DNA from: Balanoglossus misakiensis
Taxonomy: Eukaryota; Animalia; Hemichordata
Assembly (NCBI GenBank): GCA_040954595.2
Contig: CM082576.2
Span: forward strand, 5,893,129 to 5,957,128
DNA: 64,000 nt
Reading direction: 5' to 3'
In this document: positions 52,707 through 64,000 of the stretch, one piece after another
Position numbering within the stretch: position 1 is the stretch's first letter
Layout: every line of letters begins with the position of its first letter
Made by a program: the position numbers and the translations under genes
The notes under the pieces: generated by a model
The model's database searches: none
The model's input: the letters and a program-made list of their open reading frames with translations, nothing else
What the model was told of the DNA's origin: nothing

Positions 52707-55700
52707 TTAAGACCAACCCTTCGTGTGCGGATTTCGTTTGCATTCATTATTAATTACAGGTTATCTAAATTGTGGTTCTTATCTCAACTTTTCCCAGTTG
52801 CCAGAGAGTATCAATTTCCGATGTCATATTAAAGCTGCCACGACATTGTGAACTCTGTTTAGTCTTCTTGAGTTTACCCTAATATTCGCTTCATTTAAAT
52901 CAATGCATCGCCGGAGCTGGTGCACACCTGTCGAAGGAAACGTTCTCCTGACAGGCCCAAACACGAGCAGCTGAACTATCTCCGGTCGCCATGTGATATA
53001 TATAATGCCCTCTGTTCGCTTGCCTTGATCATTAGCCAACGTATTGCAATTACCTGCTGACGTAAACTATTGCTGTGGAAACTAATGTTGGATATGAGTT
53101 TGCAAAATGTTAAAGTGGAACGTATGGCACCCCAGGCGGATGGAAAGAACCTGGTATACACGGTTTATTCCTGGGTAATTCAGATATGTGATATATGTGC
53201 TCCCATTTTGATTAGTTTATGATATTAATATGCAAACTTTCAATAAATTTTCGTGAAAGTGATGCGTCTTTTAATATGGTCATAATGCTGTTACTTTCCC
53301 CACATTATCTGATAAGCATAATTTTAGATACAGTAATCCATTGTTTATTAAGATCTACCTTAGGCTTAGAAACAAAAGCTGGCAGATATTACGTTGAGAA
53401 AATCTCCTTTTTGTGCACTCAAAGAACATTTCCCTCCGAGATATTAAAACGGGGTGATATTAGTCCATTGGCTGATCTGATAAATATAACATGTATAGTT
53501 CCGCTCTTTATAACGTTGGTGACCCAAGCGTCCATGCGTACAAAAGTTCGGTGCTACGAAAATCACTTATTGATAGGAAAGCATACAATGTCCTTAGGAC
53601 AAGAAAGACAATCTTGGGATCGGTGGATATTGGATTCAAGCCCTATACCAAAACGGGAATGGTCTTTGGCTCACGTACGACACGTTACTTCTTCACATCT
53701 TCCTCGTCACTAGGGGGCGTGAATGAATGATGAGTGGTAGGGTCTGGCTTTATATGCATGATTTATATTTATTCCAGTCATTCTATCCTCCGTAGGGGAT
53801 TAATCAAAAATAAATAATAAAAAAAACACGAAGAAAATGTTTCAAAATCCCTAAGTTGCTGACAAAAAGAAAAATATATCTCTGTTGTAATTGAATATAG
53901 TGTACTAGCTGGGTCTTCATCAATATGATTTTTATGTCATCACAGCCATGCAGAGTTCCTGTACTCCAGGAATATTGCTGGCGGGTACTAGTGGCATTCA
54001 TCAGAGAATACCAAGACCTGCTAATGTAGTAGTTGGGACCTGGGAATATAGGAAGCAGTCCAATTATTCTTAATGCGCTGCTGGAGCCAAACAATCTGGT
54101 TCCGGCGAGACACATTCACATACATGTAAAGCCCAACTGGCTACATCGGTTCCGTTAACGATTCTCAGCTCTTATGACATTGTTTGGATACCAAAGCCAG
54201 AGAAAATCTGAAAAAAAATGCCAAAGTCCGATCGATTCGTCTTTCATGTCTCACTGACCAGCGAACGAGCATGCAAGGCCTCTGACCCCCCTCTCATTAC
54301 ACGGACTATTAGATATTATTCTTTTTATCTCCAAGAAAATATCATGCGAAACAGAGACAGAAAACATTCATTCTAAGGATGTGATCATTTCAGCAAGCCA
54401 TACTCATTATCTGGTTCTTTGTGTACAGAGCCTTGAGAAAATCATCAATTAAGTTAAGGTTAGTAAGAGATGGTCTTCCTGAAATGGAATCTCTCTCTAG
54501 ATGTACATTGAATGACAATTACACTCGAATGGCGTTTTCCAAGTTAGCAATATTGCTTTTCTGTGGAATCAGAAGTAGACTAAGTACTCCGAGGGTATCA
54601 TGTAAACGAGTTCCATTCTTTAAATGTCCTAACTCGGCGTGGATGATGTCGGTGGACAGTAATGAAGGTCAAGACAATGACATTGATGTCAATAACATTC
54701 ACGCCAATTTCACTCAATTCTATAATATAATCTGAGCCATTTCAAATGCAACTTCCTATTAGGATCATTCTGGCATTTTCTGAATGATCCGCGCGGACAG
54801 GATGCCAGGCTTGCTAAAGCGGTTGCGATAACGCAGCACAGGTACGAGGTTCCTCACAGAAAATATCGCTGTTTCAGTTTCACTGAATAATTCAAAAGCA
54901 AGCACCCACCGACGACAAATTACACCCACGCCACGCCTCCAACAGTGGAAACAGCGATTATTTATTTCGATGGAGAGACTTTCGACTGGTTCCCCAGAGA
55001 AAGGCGTAGGACTCAATCAAAATAGCTAATATTGGCGGGGATTCCTTTGTACCATCTATCATTTACTCATCACCCTCGCCCCATCTCCAAGATCAACGAC
55101 AACTACACTGGGAAACCCTTTAGAAAGAAATAGACCCATGTTTGAAAGTTACATACATACGTATTACATGCTCACACCATTTCCCAAATGGCTTAATGGT
55201 CGTGCGTGTACCTCTATAGACTAATGCTGAGTGACAACCAATAAGGGAAATACCATTCGATGCTACTTATCGTTAAGGCCATCATTCATTTCTGCCTGAT
55301 GATAACCCTCTCTGCATGTATTACTCGAGCGATGCCAGGCAATGCTAGACACCAGAGATTGAATTCACATGGTCTACTGCGCAATGGCTGAAATTATTTC
55401 ATTTATGGGCCAGTTATTTGCTGACGGGTCATCGGTTGCACGAAGCTTTGGGAAAGCAACTCTTCGCTTCATTTATCAACTGGTCTATGAGTAATGACAT
55501 CCTGCTCGTCGCGTTTTTTGGGGGTTGATCACAATCAAGGCGTTTGTGAATGCAGTTAGTTTCTCAGAAAGCGTGACTTTGTCTGTAAACAGGTGCATGC
55601 TGATACTGTGGGGGGAACATATGACGGACCACTTACACCTTAAGATGCCATCACTTTACCATCTGGTTTAGGAAGACCCGGTTGTAAAATATTGACATGC

Positions 55701-56539
55701 TCAATTTAAATTAATGATAGTTTTATCCAACCTGAAGACGACAAACCACTACACTTTCTGTTCACATAAAGCTGGGAAAATGGTCCTATTATTACAATGT
55801 CGTTATTCTCACACAGATACTTCAGGTAAACATATTATTTTGAAACTCCCTGTAGTATTGATGATACGTCGACAGAGATATTATCGTCGATTTTCAAGGG
55901 CGGTTCATTGTTATTATTGACCTTCGCCTCTCTCCACCCAAAACAGATAATCAATGTAGAGCTCTAATTTGAACTTGCCACGTGATTACATTCATCTGCC
56001 TTCACCCACGCACCTGACGAAAATACATGCACCACAACCAGAAAAATAAGATTGGGGGGGGGGGGGAACACCCATACAGTTGCCACGGAAACGTCAATTG
56101 TATGAATAAACATCCCCTTTGCCTTGCGGCGCATGAATTCGACCCGCATTGATTTACTAAACACAACACCTCAAGGAAGCTCCTTGTATTCAAGAACAGT
56201 GCAAGGAAATGCCTTTCTTGTGTCATTTTGCCCGATTTCCGTCGACTGAGGTTCACTAATAGAGGGAGATTAGCATATCAGTTTGGGGGAGTCTTCTTCT
56301 GCCCTACTTCCCATACAAAGACTGGGGTACTTATTTCCATAACATGCTCTACGGCAGATGAAATGGTAAACTGAAACCCTTCCTCGACGAGCACAACGAA
56401 AGCCACAATACATTTTGTCGTATCAACATTCGTCTGTCGATGACAGTACCCAACTCATATGTACAACTACACATCAGTAAATCCGGTCTTGTTGATTCAC
56501 TGCTGAATCAATGTGCAACCAAAACAAAAGCGATTATTA

Positions 56540-56830
56540 TTCTAACGAATGCGGGCGCTACGAAGTATAAAGCGCTGCAGGGGGAAAATCATTAAAGTTC
56601 ACCAAGTCGAGAATTTATCATTTTTGACAATTTTCATGAGCTATAAGCCATGAAAAATGTCCAAAAATGACAAAATCACCAAAGTTCGCAAAGTCGAGAA
56701 TTTGTAATTTTTTGACAATTTATGCGAAACTTGTCAGAAACTGGTCTGAAACTATGGTTTGGACGATTATTGTCCCCGCCTTCGAGTTATGTAGAAAAAC
56801 AAAACAAAACACAACAAAACCGACTAAACA
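56540..56830. mobile_element. Probable Helentron/DINE-like non-autonomous element carrying about 1.4 diverged, inverted copies of the 88-bp satellite monomer
   Basis: 56604-56720 aligns to the satellite reverse complement (about 63/88 by hand, including exact ATTTTCATGAGCTATAA; internal period 87 bp). Flanked by a short GCGCT/AGCGC hairpin (56555-56575) and a TTCGAGTTAT-(AAAAC)n tail. The element class is inferred. Confidence 0.6.
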
Positions 56831-58228
56831 AGCACCAAAATGTGTCCTCTGAGGTGTGGGTTAGTGTTTCATTCGTGTGAGTCGCACACATGACTGAATT
56901 AAGGAAATCAACTCCCCTGTTGATATTGTTGCCACAGCAACCATCAATACCTAATCAGTTGAACAAAAAAGGTCTGCACGTCGGGTTATTTTGAACCAAT
57001 GACAGCCAATCGACGATAAATCGACTGAAAGTATTAGGGAGTTTTATAATAACGTTTCCAAATTATTATGTTCATTCTGTCTCTATGGGAATTACCCCTG
57101 ACTTTCCGATGCTCTTTTTTACAAAGTGCAGTTTGCAATAAGTTTGTCTGACGATTAAATCTCGCGTTCATTTGCAACACATGACAATTCTGCGCGTATC
57201 TTTCAATCACCCGCAGTTCTGTTTAGAGGGCACAGTAATCCAATAAGTGACACCTTAATGCAAAGAATTACAGCTTTCCGCAAAAGTGTAAAATCGTTTC
57301 CACGCAACTGAATGCAGTGGAGAATAGGTATGACGAATGCAGATATTGGCACAATGGGCCGTGTTAACCGTAGTGTTACAACAAAACACCATTATAACAA
57401 ACCTTACGTTTCTGTTAAATGAATAGTCGCTGATCACGAGACGAGTTTCAAGTTTAGTTAATACAGCAAGGTTGGCTGTATAAGCATTTAATAGGCTGTC
57501 ACCGTGATTGATGTTTAACATGCCGAATTAATCTCAAATAATTGATGGGCCTGAATTTGTGTTGCCTTGGGTACCCTACTTCTATCATAACAACGTCATT
57601 CGCCAGTGTCAAAATTGATAGGAAAGACCTTTCATTAACCCTGGATTCACTACATGAATTTGACATCATTATGCCTATGCGACATATAAACAGTTCCGAG
57701 AGCAACGACTACAGTGAAATACATCGGATTTGTAAAACTATAGAATTCGCCTTTGCGCACAGTGGGTTTTTCAGAGTCACGTGAATTAGATCTGGCCAAT
57801 GGGAAATGTTGGCTTTGGTGACGTCAAATGTTTGTGTTACTCTGAACGAAATTACATCGGAACCACCTAGCGACTGGGTAATTCCTCGCCACATGGCCCA
57901 TTACAATGAAACTTTCACACTAAGCGACACCCTCCTTGTTCGTCCGAAACGCAATTTGCTTGCAGAGGCATACTCAAAAATAAAATTTTATCCACATCCC
58001 TCGGGAAAAGAGACAAGGTCATGCTCGTTGCATTAAACGTTTGTGACATTGAACTTGCAGATTTATTTTTCTGTGCTAAGGGGCCTTGATGCGTTGATGA
58101 TTCGGTGTAGTGTACATGCAGGTTAACAAATAGTATACACTGATGATTGATCGTGTCGTAGTCACTATTTATACAGCAGACCAAAAACCTTAGAAATCAC
58201 ACGACTTTTTAGAAGAAATCTAAGCAAT

Positions 58229-58298
58229 ATGCAGAAGTTATCGGCATTTTATTTATTTTTTACAAATGTAGTTATTCTGACAAGCAGAGCAAGTGCTG
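58229..58298 (+). CDS. Cadherin-repeat protein, exon 1 (signal peptide)
   Basis: ATG...MQKLSAFYLFFTNVVILTSRASA followed by G|GTAAGT. Basic n-region, hydrophobic core, A-S-A cleavage motif. The phase-1 donor fits the phase-1 acceptor at 60782. Too short for the ORF track. Confidence 0.8.
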
Positions 58299-60781
58299 GT
58301 AAGTTTAATTTTTCTCATTTATGTACGATATTTTTCTCAAAAAATCAGTCTTTTCTGGTAACATAAATGCTGGATTGACCGAGAGAAAAAATGATACTTA
58401 ATTCAACGGAACTTTTATGTGCAAAACACACTATCTCTATAAATTTCAATCTAAATCACACATTTCGACTTTTGTCGGTCAAAACACTGGGTCGTAAAAA
58501 CGCTGTGTTGAATGTATTACTATACATTTAGCATTCCTTGTTTTCATATACTATAGGTGAAACTATTTATATAATTACACTATGCTGTCACCAATTTAGT
58601 GAATCTAGTGCATTGATTCTTGATGTCATTATATAGGGGAAATGGTTTGAACGATGTGATACGATCTCGTATTTAATTTTATCATGTGTGAAATACACAT
58701 CTGCGATGCGCAAGTCTCAATAAACCTATATACGAGAACGGTCCAACACATATATAGCCAAGGGCCCATTTAATCATGTATTCCCAGCGATATACCTTGA
58801 CCTCCCGGTCAAACATCTGCTCCAGTAACAAAACTAATCTCCGTGAGTTGAAAACAACCGCTAAAAAGCAACGGACTGAAAAACTCCGCAATGACCCATT
58901 TTTTGAGCATTTCGCAAACAACGCGTTAGCTGCGAGTCAACGATTGCATATTAGCACTTCGCCGGAACACAAAGAGCGAACACAGCCCGAAAGGAACGGG
59001 TTCCCAGATGTTCTTGATGCTGTGGTTAGCCAAAATTTGCTGTTTGAAACCAAAAAAACACACAACCTCATCATAAATCTTCAGTCAATTAAATATCGGG
59101 GGGGGGGGGGTGGACTTGAAAACACGAAGTAAATGTACACCTTTGAGACGAAGAAAATAAATCCATTACTCTCAACCGTCAAGATCTCTTTTGTTCATGC
59201 ATTTTGTTATCGTGACATGCCAGTTAATGGGCACGTGGGACGTACTCATTTGCAAGACCAATTTCCGAGACGAAGTTCGACATCAACAGCACAGAATGTG
59301 AACCCATCCTCTTTAATTTGAAGACAAATGATATAGACCTGACGTAGATTCACTTCTCGATATAATGATTGAAAAGGCTGTTAGTTTCTCTGTCCTATTT
59401 CCGTACATTGGATTTGTGACCATCTCATTTAATAAAACAGAATGTTCATTGAAGTCGCTTCACAACTTTGCGTTAAGAGAAACTCGACACAAGAACGCGC
59501 AATGTATACAAAATACGTCCAAATTGACCTTCCGTACCTTTCCGAATCCTCACAAAAAATTATCAGTCATCGGAAATCACACTATAACATCGCCATTCTT
59601 TATAAACACCGCGACCACTTCAGTTATGCAGTGTGATTCTAGACATCAGCGAATCGCATTCTGTGGCTAACCTTGAAGGCATTTTATGGAGGAGTTTCCA
59701 TAGCAACTATTCTACTAACAGCTTGAACCATTTATCCGAAAGGCATGACTGAAGGTAATTTCAGGGTGGCAGCGAAAGTCGCTCTTGTGATGTTAAGTGA
59801 TGTGATGTTGATGTTAAGCGCCACAGCAGACATTGTTGCGAAAATGAGAGGAAATGTGTGGAAGCGCTAGAAATTTCAGAAGTACTGTTACAGTTCACTT
59901 TCTGCTCTAACTACGTGTAACTTCAAATGAGAACAAAATCACTGTCGCCATTCTGCACAATCATGACAGGGAAGCGGATATTGAAATTTTCCGGGGACAC
60001 GGGGGATAGTTCAGATAACCGAACGCTGCAAATGGCGTACTGATGTTTTACTTGAATTTTCTGTCGTAATTTCTCTCTTTTATTTGATGCACACGTCTTT
60101 CTCAACTTAGCTTGCTAGAGGCGTAAACTTCATCACTAGTTGATCCAACTGAAATGAGTAAATTAATCAGGAATTTCTGCAATAACTGCAGTTATATAAT
60201 ACGTTTCAGAAATCATTATACAGAACACGAAAAGAAAATCTTGAGAACTATTTCCTAATAAGAAAGGTCCATAACTGCTCTCTTCGAAATATGTAACGTC
60301 AATAATAAGCGCAGATTACTTGGATGTTTCAATGGAAACTCATAGGAAACCATTACCTTGGTTGCACGCAAATGTTTCCGGCATATTACAATACTTTGCA
60401 CTTAAGATGAAACAATGATGAAAGAGAGTAATGACGTAAAACGTTTATATTTGTGAGAATAACTCACGCGAACTATATAGCATCGTTTTTTTGTCCGTTT
60501 TGAATGTTTGCTTGTAAAGTGTTTCTTCAAATTTAAGAATCCCGGTCCCCAAAACGCAATTGAGTATTTTTTTCATGAAATTTTGGTCGAGGTCAATGCT
60601 TCCTTCTATATTCGGTAATAACTGTTTACATGTATTGCGTCAAATGAAAATATTTGTGCTACTTTTGGACCAAATCAGACTATCTGGACAGGATGTACAT
60701 GGTTGTAATTTAAAATAATATTCTTGAACTTATAACCCACATTATAAGCCCTATATATGTACACCTATTTATTTGTGACAG

Positions 60782-60961
60782 CTCTAAATTTACAATTACC
60801 AACACCACCAGTGAAAGTGGTCAACGAAGGAATAACACATGGCGAAGTAATATGTCCGGATATTGGTGCAACTGGGCAGGGAGGGAGTGCCGAATATTTC
60901 TTCTCCTTGATTGCCGTATCGCCGGACCCTGGATTTCCGTCCCCCTTTGAACTAGTACAAG
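60782..60961 (+). CDS. Cadherin-repeat protein, exon 2 (start of EC1)
   Basis: TTTGTGACAG|CT...CAA G|GTATGC. 180 nt, phase 1-1. ALNLQLPTPPVKVVNEG...PDPGFPSPFELVQ, in frame with the next exon. Confidence 0.82.
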
Positions 60962-61165
60962 GTATGCGTTCAATTCAGTCTCTTCGACTGTCTTGTACAG
61001 AATATTATTGACTTTCACAGAGTTTGTATCAGAATATGGGATTCACATCAATGGAAAATGCCAGGATATAAGGCCATGAGAGTATTGTAAAGCTTGAAGA
61101 AATACTAACAAATGCTTAATTGTCCGGCCATATGCGTCATTGCAAATATTTTACTCGTCACACAG

Positions 61166-61528
61166 GTGTGCCGAGTGACTCGAACACAGCCGAAATACGC
61201 GTGGTTGTTCCACCGGGACTGGACTACGAGGCTGAAAACCAATACATGCTGTCCATCACGGTGACAGACCACAACGATACACCATCTGTTACTGTGACTG
61301 GAACTTTGACAGTGGACATAACAGACGACCCCGAATCACCTTACTTTACCAACCTGCCCGGCCAAGGCAGCATCGGAGAATCGGTGACGATTCCAGAGAC
61401 ATTCAAACTGGTGACCGTCATGGACGACGATTCGCCGCCGACAGATGTCACCGTCAGTATCGCAGGATCGGAGCCATTCGGCGCGCCCTTCCAGATAGGC
61501 GCAGTCAACAACAACCCAAACAGTACAG
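61166..61528 (+). CDS. Cadherin-repeat protein, exon 3
   Basis: CACACAG|GT...ACA G|GTTCGT. 363 nt, phase 1-1. Motifs LDYE, VTD, ITDDPESP, VMDDD. Confidence 0.92.
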
Positions 61529-61753
61529 GTTCGTAAAATAGGTCAATACTGAAATAACAGATTGTTGAATAATTGATTGTGTGATTTGACCGGCTTTAGC
61601 AAACAACATCTTTGCTTTCATTCCTTGATGGACATTCAATCTATGCTGCAGATGTGATTACATGTATATCTGTGAGATTGTTACCGATATCAATTGGCCT
61701 AGCTACCTCCACTTGGTTTAAGTAAAATAATATCAAGCTCTATCTCTTTGCAG

Positions 61754-62062
61754 TGGCGGAAATTCAAAATGCCCCCTACCCGGGGTTTGACTACGAAACT
61801 CAATTCGGCGATGTCTACAAGCTATTCATAGAAGCGACCGATGGGTCATTCACCGCGACGTCAACATTGAGTGTGACCATCTTTGATGAAAATGAACCCG
61901 TTAGGATCACCAATTTGCCGGATACCATCACTGTGCCAGAGAATGCAGTTGGTGGCGTATTCCTGGTCGAATGGGACGACGAAGATATTTTTGATGGCGG
62001 TACGCCGACATTCACGATTTCAACTGTGCCATCTGGTGGACCTTTCAGTGTTGACACATCAG
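61754..62062 (+). CDS. Cadherin-repeat protein, exon 4
   Basis: TCTTTGCAG|TG...TCA G|GTATGT. 309 nt, phase 1-1. Motifs FDYE, ATD, IFDENEP, VPEN, DDED. Confidence 0.94.
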
Positions 62063-62365
62063 GTATGTGCACCCTCATACTCGATGAGCTTAATGGTTAA
62101 TTACTAAATGAGGTTTTATGCAATTTACAAAGCAATTAAAGAACACCAACGTCTTAAACCTTGATTAACCTCAGGCAATAACATTTAGACAGCGCCGAAC
62201 CAAGGAAATGCTAATTAACAACGGAAAGTCGCCAATGTGAACACAATTTCCAAAGACACACAACATGGGTTTTTGTTTTAGTGCTTGACTTTACTTTACA
62301 CCACGTAATTGTTAATTGGATTATTTCACATTATATGTCACACTTCATCTTTGACACCTTCCCAG

Positions 62366-62668
62366 GGAACGTAAAAATAGTGAGTCCGGGTCTTGACTAC
62401 TTGTCCAACGACCACTGGACAGTGAATATCTACATCGAGGACCCGGACGGTTTGACAGACAACGGCCAGCTGCACATCATCGTCACCGATGTCAACCAAG
62501 GCCCAGAAATCGTCAATATGCCCGCGGGAATTACTGTCCAAGTGGGAGAACTCAGCTCTGCCGGCAGCGACATCTTCACAGTAGATGCATTCGATGAAGA
62601 TGCTGATGAGTATTTCTGTGTAATGTTTGCCAATCCAAACGATGGCAACTTTGTTATAAACTCAACAA
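62366..62668 (+). CDS. Cadherin-repeat protein, exon 5
   Basis: CTTCCCAG|GG...ACA A|GTAAGT. 303 nt, phase 1-1. Motifs LDYL, IED, VTDVNQGP, AFDED. Confidence 0.93.
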
Positions 62669-62824
62669 GTAAGTGTCTTCGTCTTTATTTCTATTTACAG
62701 CTATCAGTGAGCCTTTCTAAAGTAGTTTATAACGTTTCAAAACGTTGATAGAACACTTCGAGCTGGAATTACATTATGTGTCATTGTTTATGGACTGATT
62801 CCTTTAATTATTGTTGTCTTGTAG

Positions 62825-63133
62825 CTTACGTTATCAGCGTAATAGACGAGCCCAGTCTGGACTACGAGACCACCCCAACGTACACTCTGACTGTGACATG
62901 CCACGATAATCAGAATACTGGTCTAGCTAAGAATCTCATTGTGGAAATCCTCAACGAAAACGAATCGCCAGAAATACTTAATTTACCAGCAACGGTAACA
63001 GTGCCCGAAGACGCTATAAACACGGCGCCAATCTTCATCGCCGACGGCTACGACGTGGACGGGGATCTGCTGAGTTACACGATCGCAGTATCGCCAGAGA
63101 GCGGCCACAGCAAGTTCACAGTTACCAACACAA
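62825..63133 (+). CDS. Cadherin-repeat protein, exon 6 (gene continues beyond the window)
   Basis: GTCTTGTAG|CT...ACA A|GTAAGG. 309 nt, phase 1-1. Motifs LDYE, CHD, ILNENESP, VPED, YDVD. Exons 1-6 total 1534 nt (about 511 aa, about 4.5 EC domains). No transmembrane segment or stop seen. Confidence 0.94.
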
Positions 63134-64000
63134 GTAAGGGCTTTAATTTGTGACACTGAGTATTTAAGTTGCAAATACTCCCGAGCGACCTGAATGAGAG
63201 AATTCGGTAGGGGTGGTATGGGAGTACTTAGTATATTTTAACACCAACATTACCTTAAAAGACTGTAAGACATCTTGTATCAGAACTTCATACCCAGAGC
63301 TGAAAATACAGGTGCAAGATGGGACATTCCTTCAACACGCCCGCCAAATTCATGGACACTTTTCACCTGTTGAGTTAAACAAATTTACATACACTTAATA
63401 ATACGCTAAAGCTATTATGATCTTTGTTTTGGGGACGTTACATAACATCTGTCGTAATGATCTCAAAGTATTAAAAAACGTTTTATTTACATCTAAACCA
63501 CGATCTTAGAATCACGGAAGCCAGTAGTGCCCCTGAAATAAAACCTGTTGGAAATCCTGATTCAGCGAACATTTGAAGATTTGTCATGTGTTCTATGCGG
63601 CTTTGAACCTTCTCTTCCAATTTGGTGGGTGTATGTATATAAAGAGAAAATTCTCTATTTGGCCAAACAACAAGCTACCGTGGGGGGGGGGGGGATTAAC
63701 AGTGGTATGCTCCAAACTCCAATGTACTTCAAATTCTATGGACATAAATCATACGAACGGTATGCGCTAATATGTGCTCATTCCGCCTGTATCAAAATTG
63801 CATTAAAGTAATGTCAACTAATGCAGTGTATTGTGATTTAAAATTAGTCGGTTTTATTCACGTTTGTGCAATATGCCCTTTGCATTTGGAGGTCACCGCG
63901 GCTATTGTGTTCAAACAAGCACATTACTATAAGACATTAAGTGTATTTTCTGCTCGCCCATTAGGCCTAATGTGCCCATTTTGACATGAATGGATACCAC

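Larger units (their letters stand above)
56079..60339. promoter_or_regulatory. Cluster of RFX X-box-like motifs around the cadherin first exon
   Basis: GTTGCCACGGAAAC 56079-56092, GTTGCCACAGCAAC 56928-56941, GTTTCCATAGCAAC 59694-59707 and GTTTCAATGGAAAC 60326-60339, versus consensus GTTGCCATGGCAAC. Confidence 0.55.

Noticed and set aside
53219-53713. 164-aa ORF and the other 60-140 aa intronic/intergenic ORFs
   Set aside because: No domain motifs or consistent splice structure; they look like chance ORFs in non-coding DNA.
61815-63174. Minus-strand ORFs over the cadherin exons
   Set aside because: Antisense shadows of coding exons.

Overview
This is animal (eukaryotic) genomic DNA, not prokaryotic. 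AT-richness, spliceosomal introns and repeat types suggest a marine invertebrate, possibly a deuterostome such as an acorn worm (inference). Bases 1 to about 16,760 are a highly homogeneous 88-bp tandem satellite of about 190 monomers, with local higher-order variant patterns and a diverged right edge. About 1.7 kb beyond it ends a three-coding-exon globin X-like gene on the minus strand (exons 39685-39498, 23397-23169, 18737-18450; 234 aa). It has an MGC acylation motif, canonical B12.2 and G7.0 introns and an acidic C-terminal tail. Divergently, on the plus strand, starts a signal-peptide-bearing cadherin-repeat gene (six exons, 58229-63133, running out of the window), flanked by several RFX X-box-like motifs. 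Non-coding DNA holds MITEs, Helentron/DINE-like tails, a probable SINE remnant and Tc1/mariner-type excision footprints. Notably, a roughly 72%-identical inverted copy of the satellite monomer sits in a HINE-like element at about 56.6 kb. Almost all other short ORFs in the track appear spurious. All counts and alignments were done by eye.
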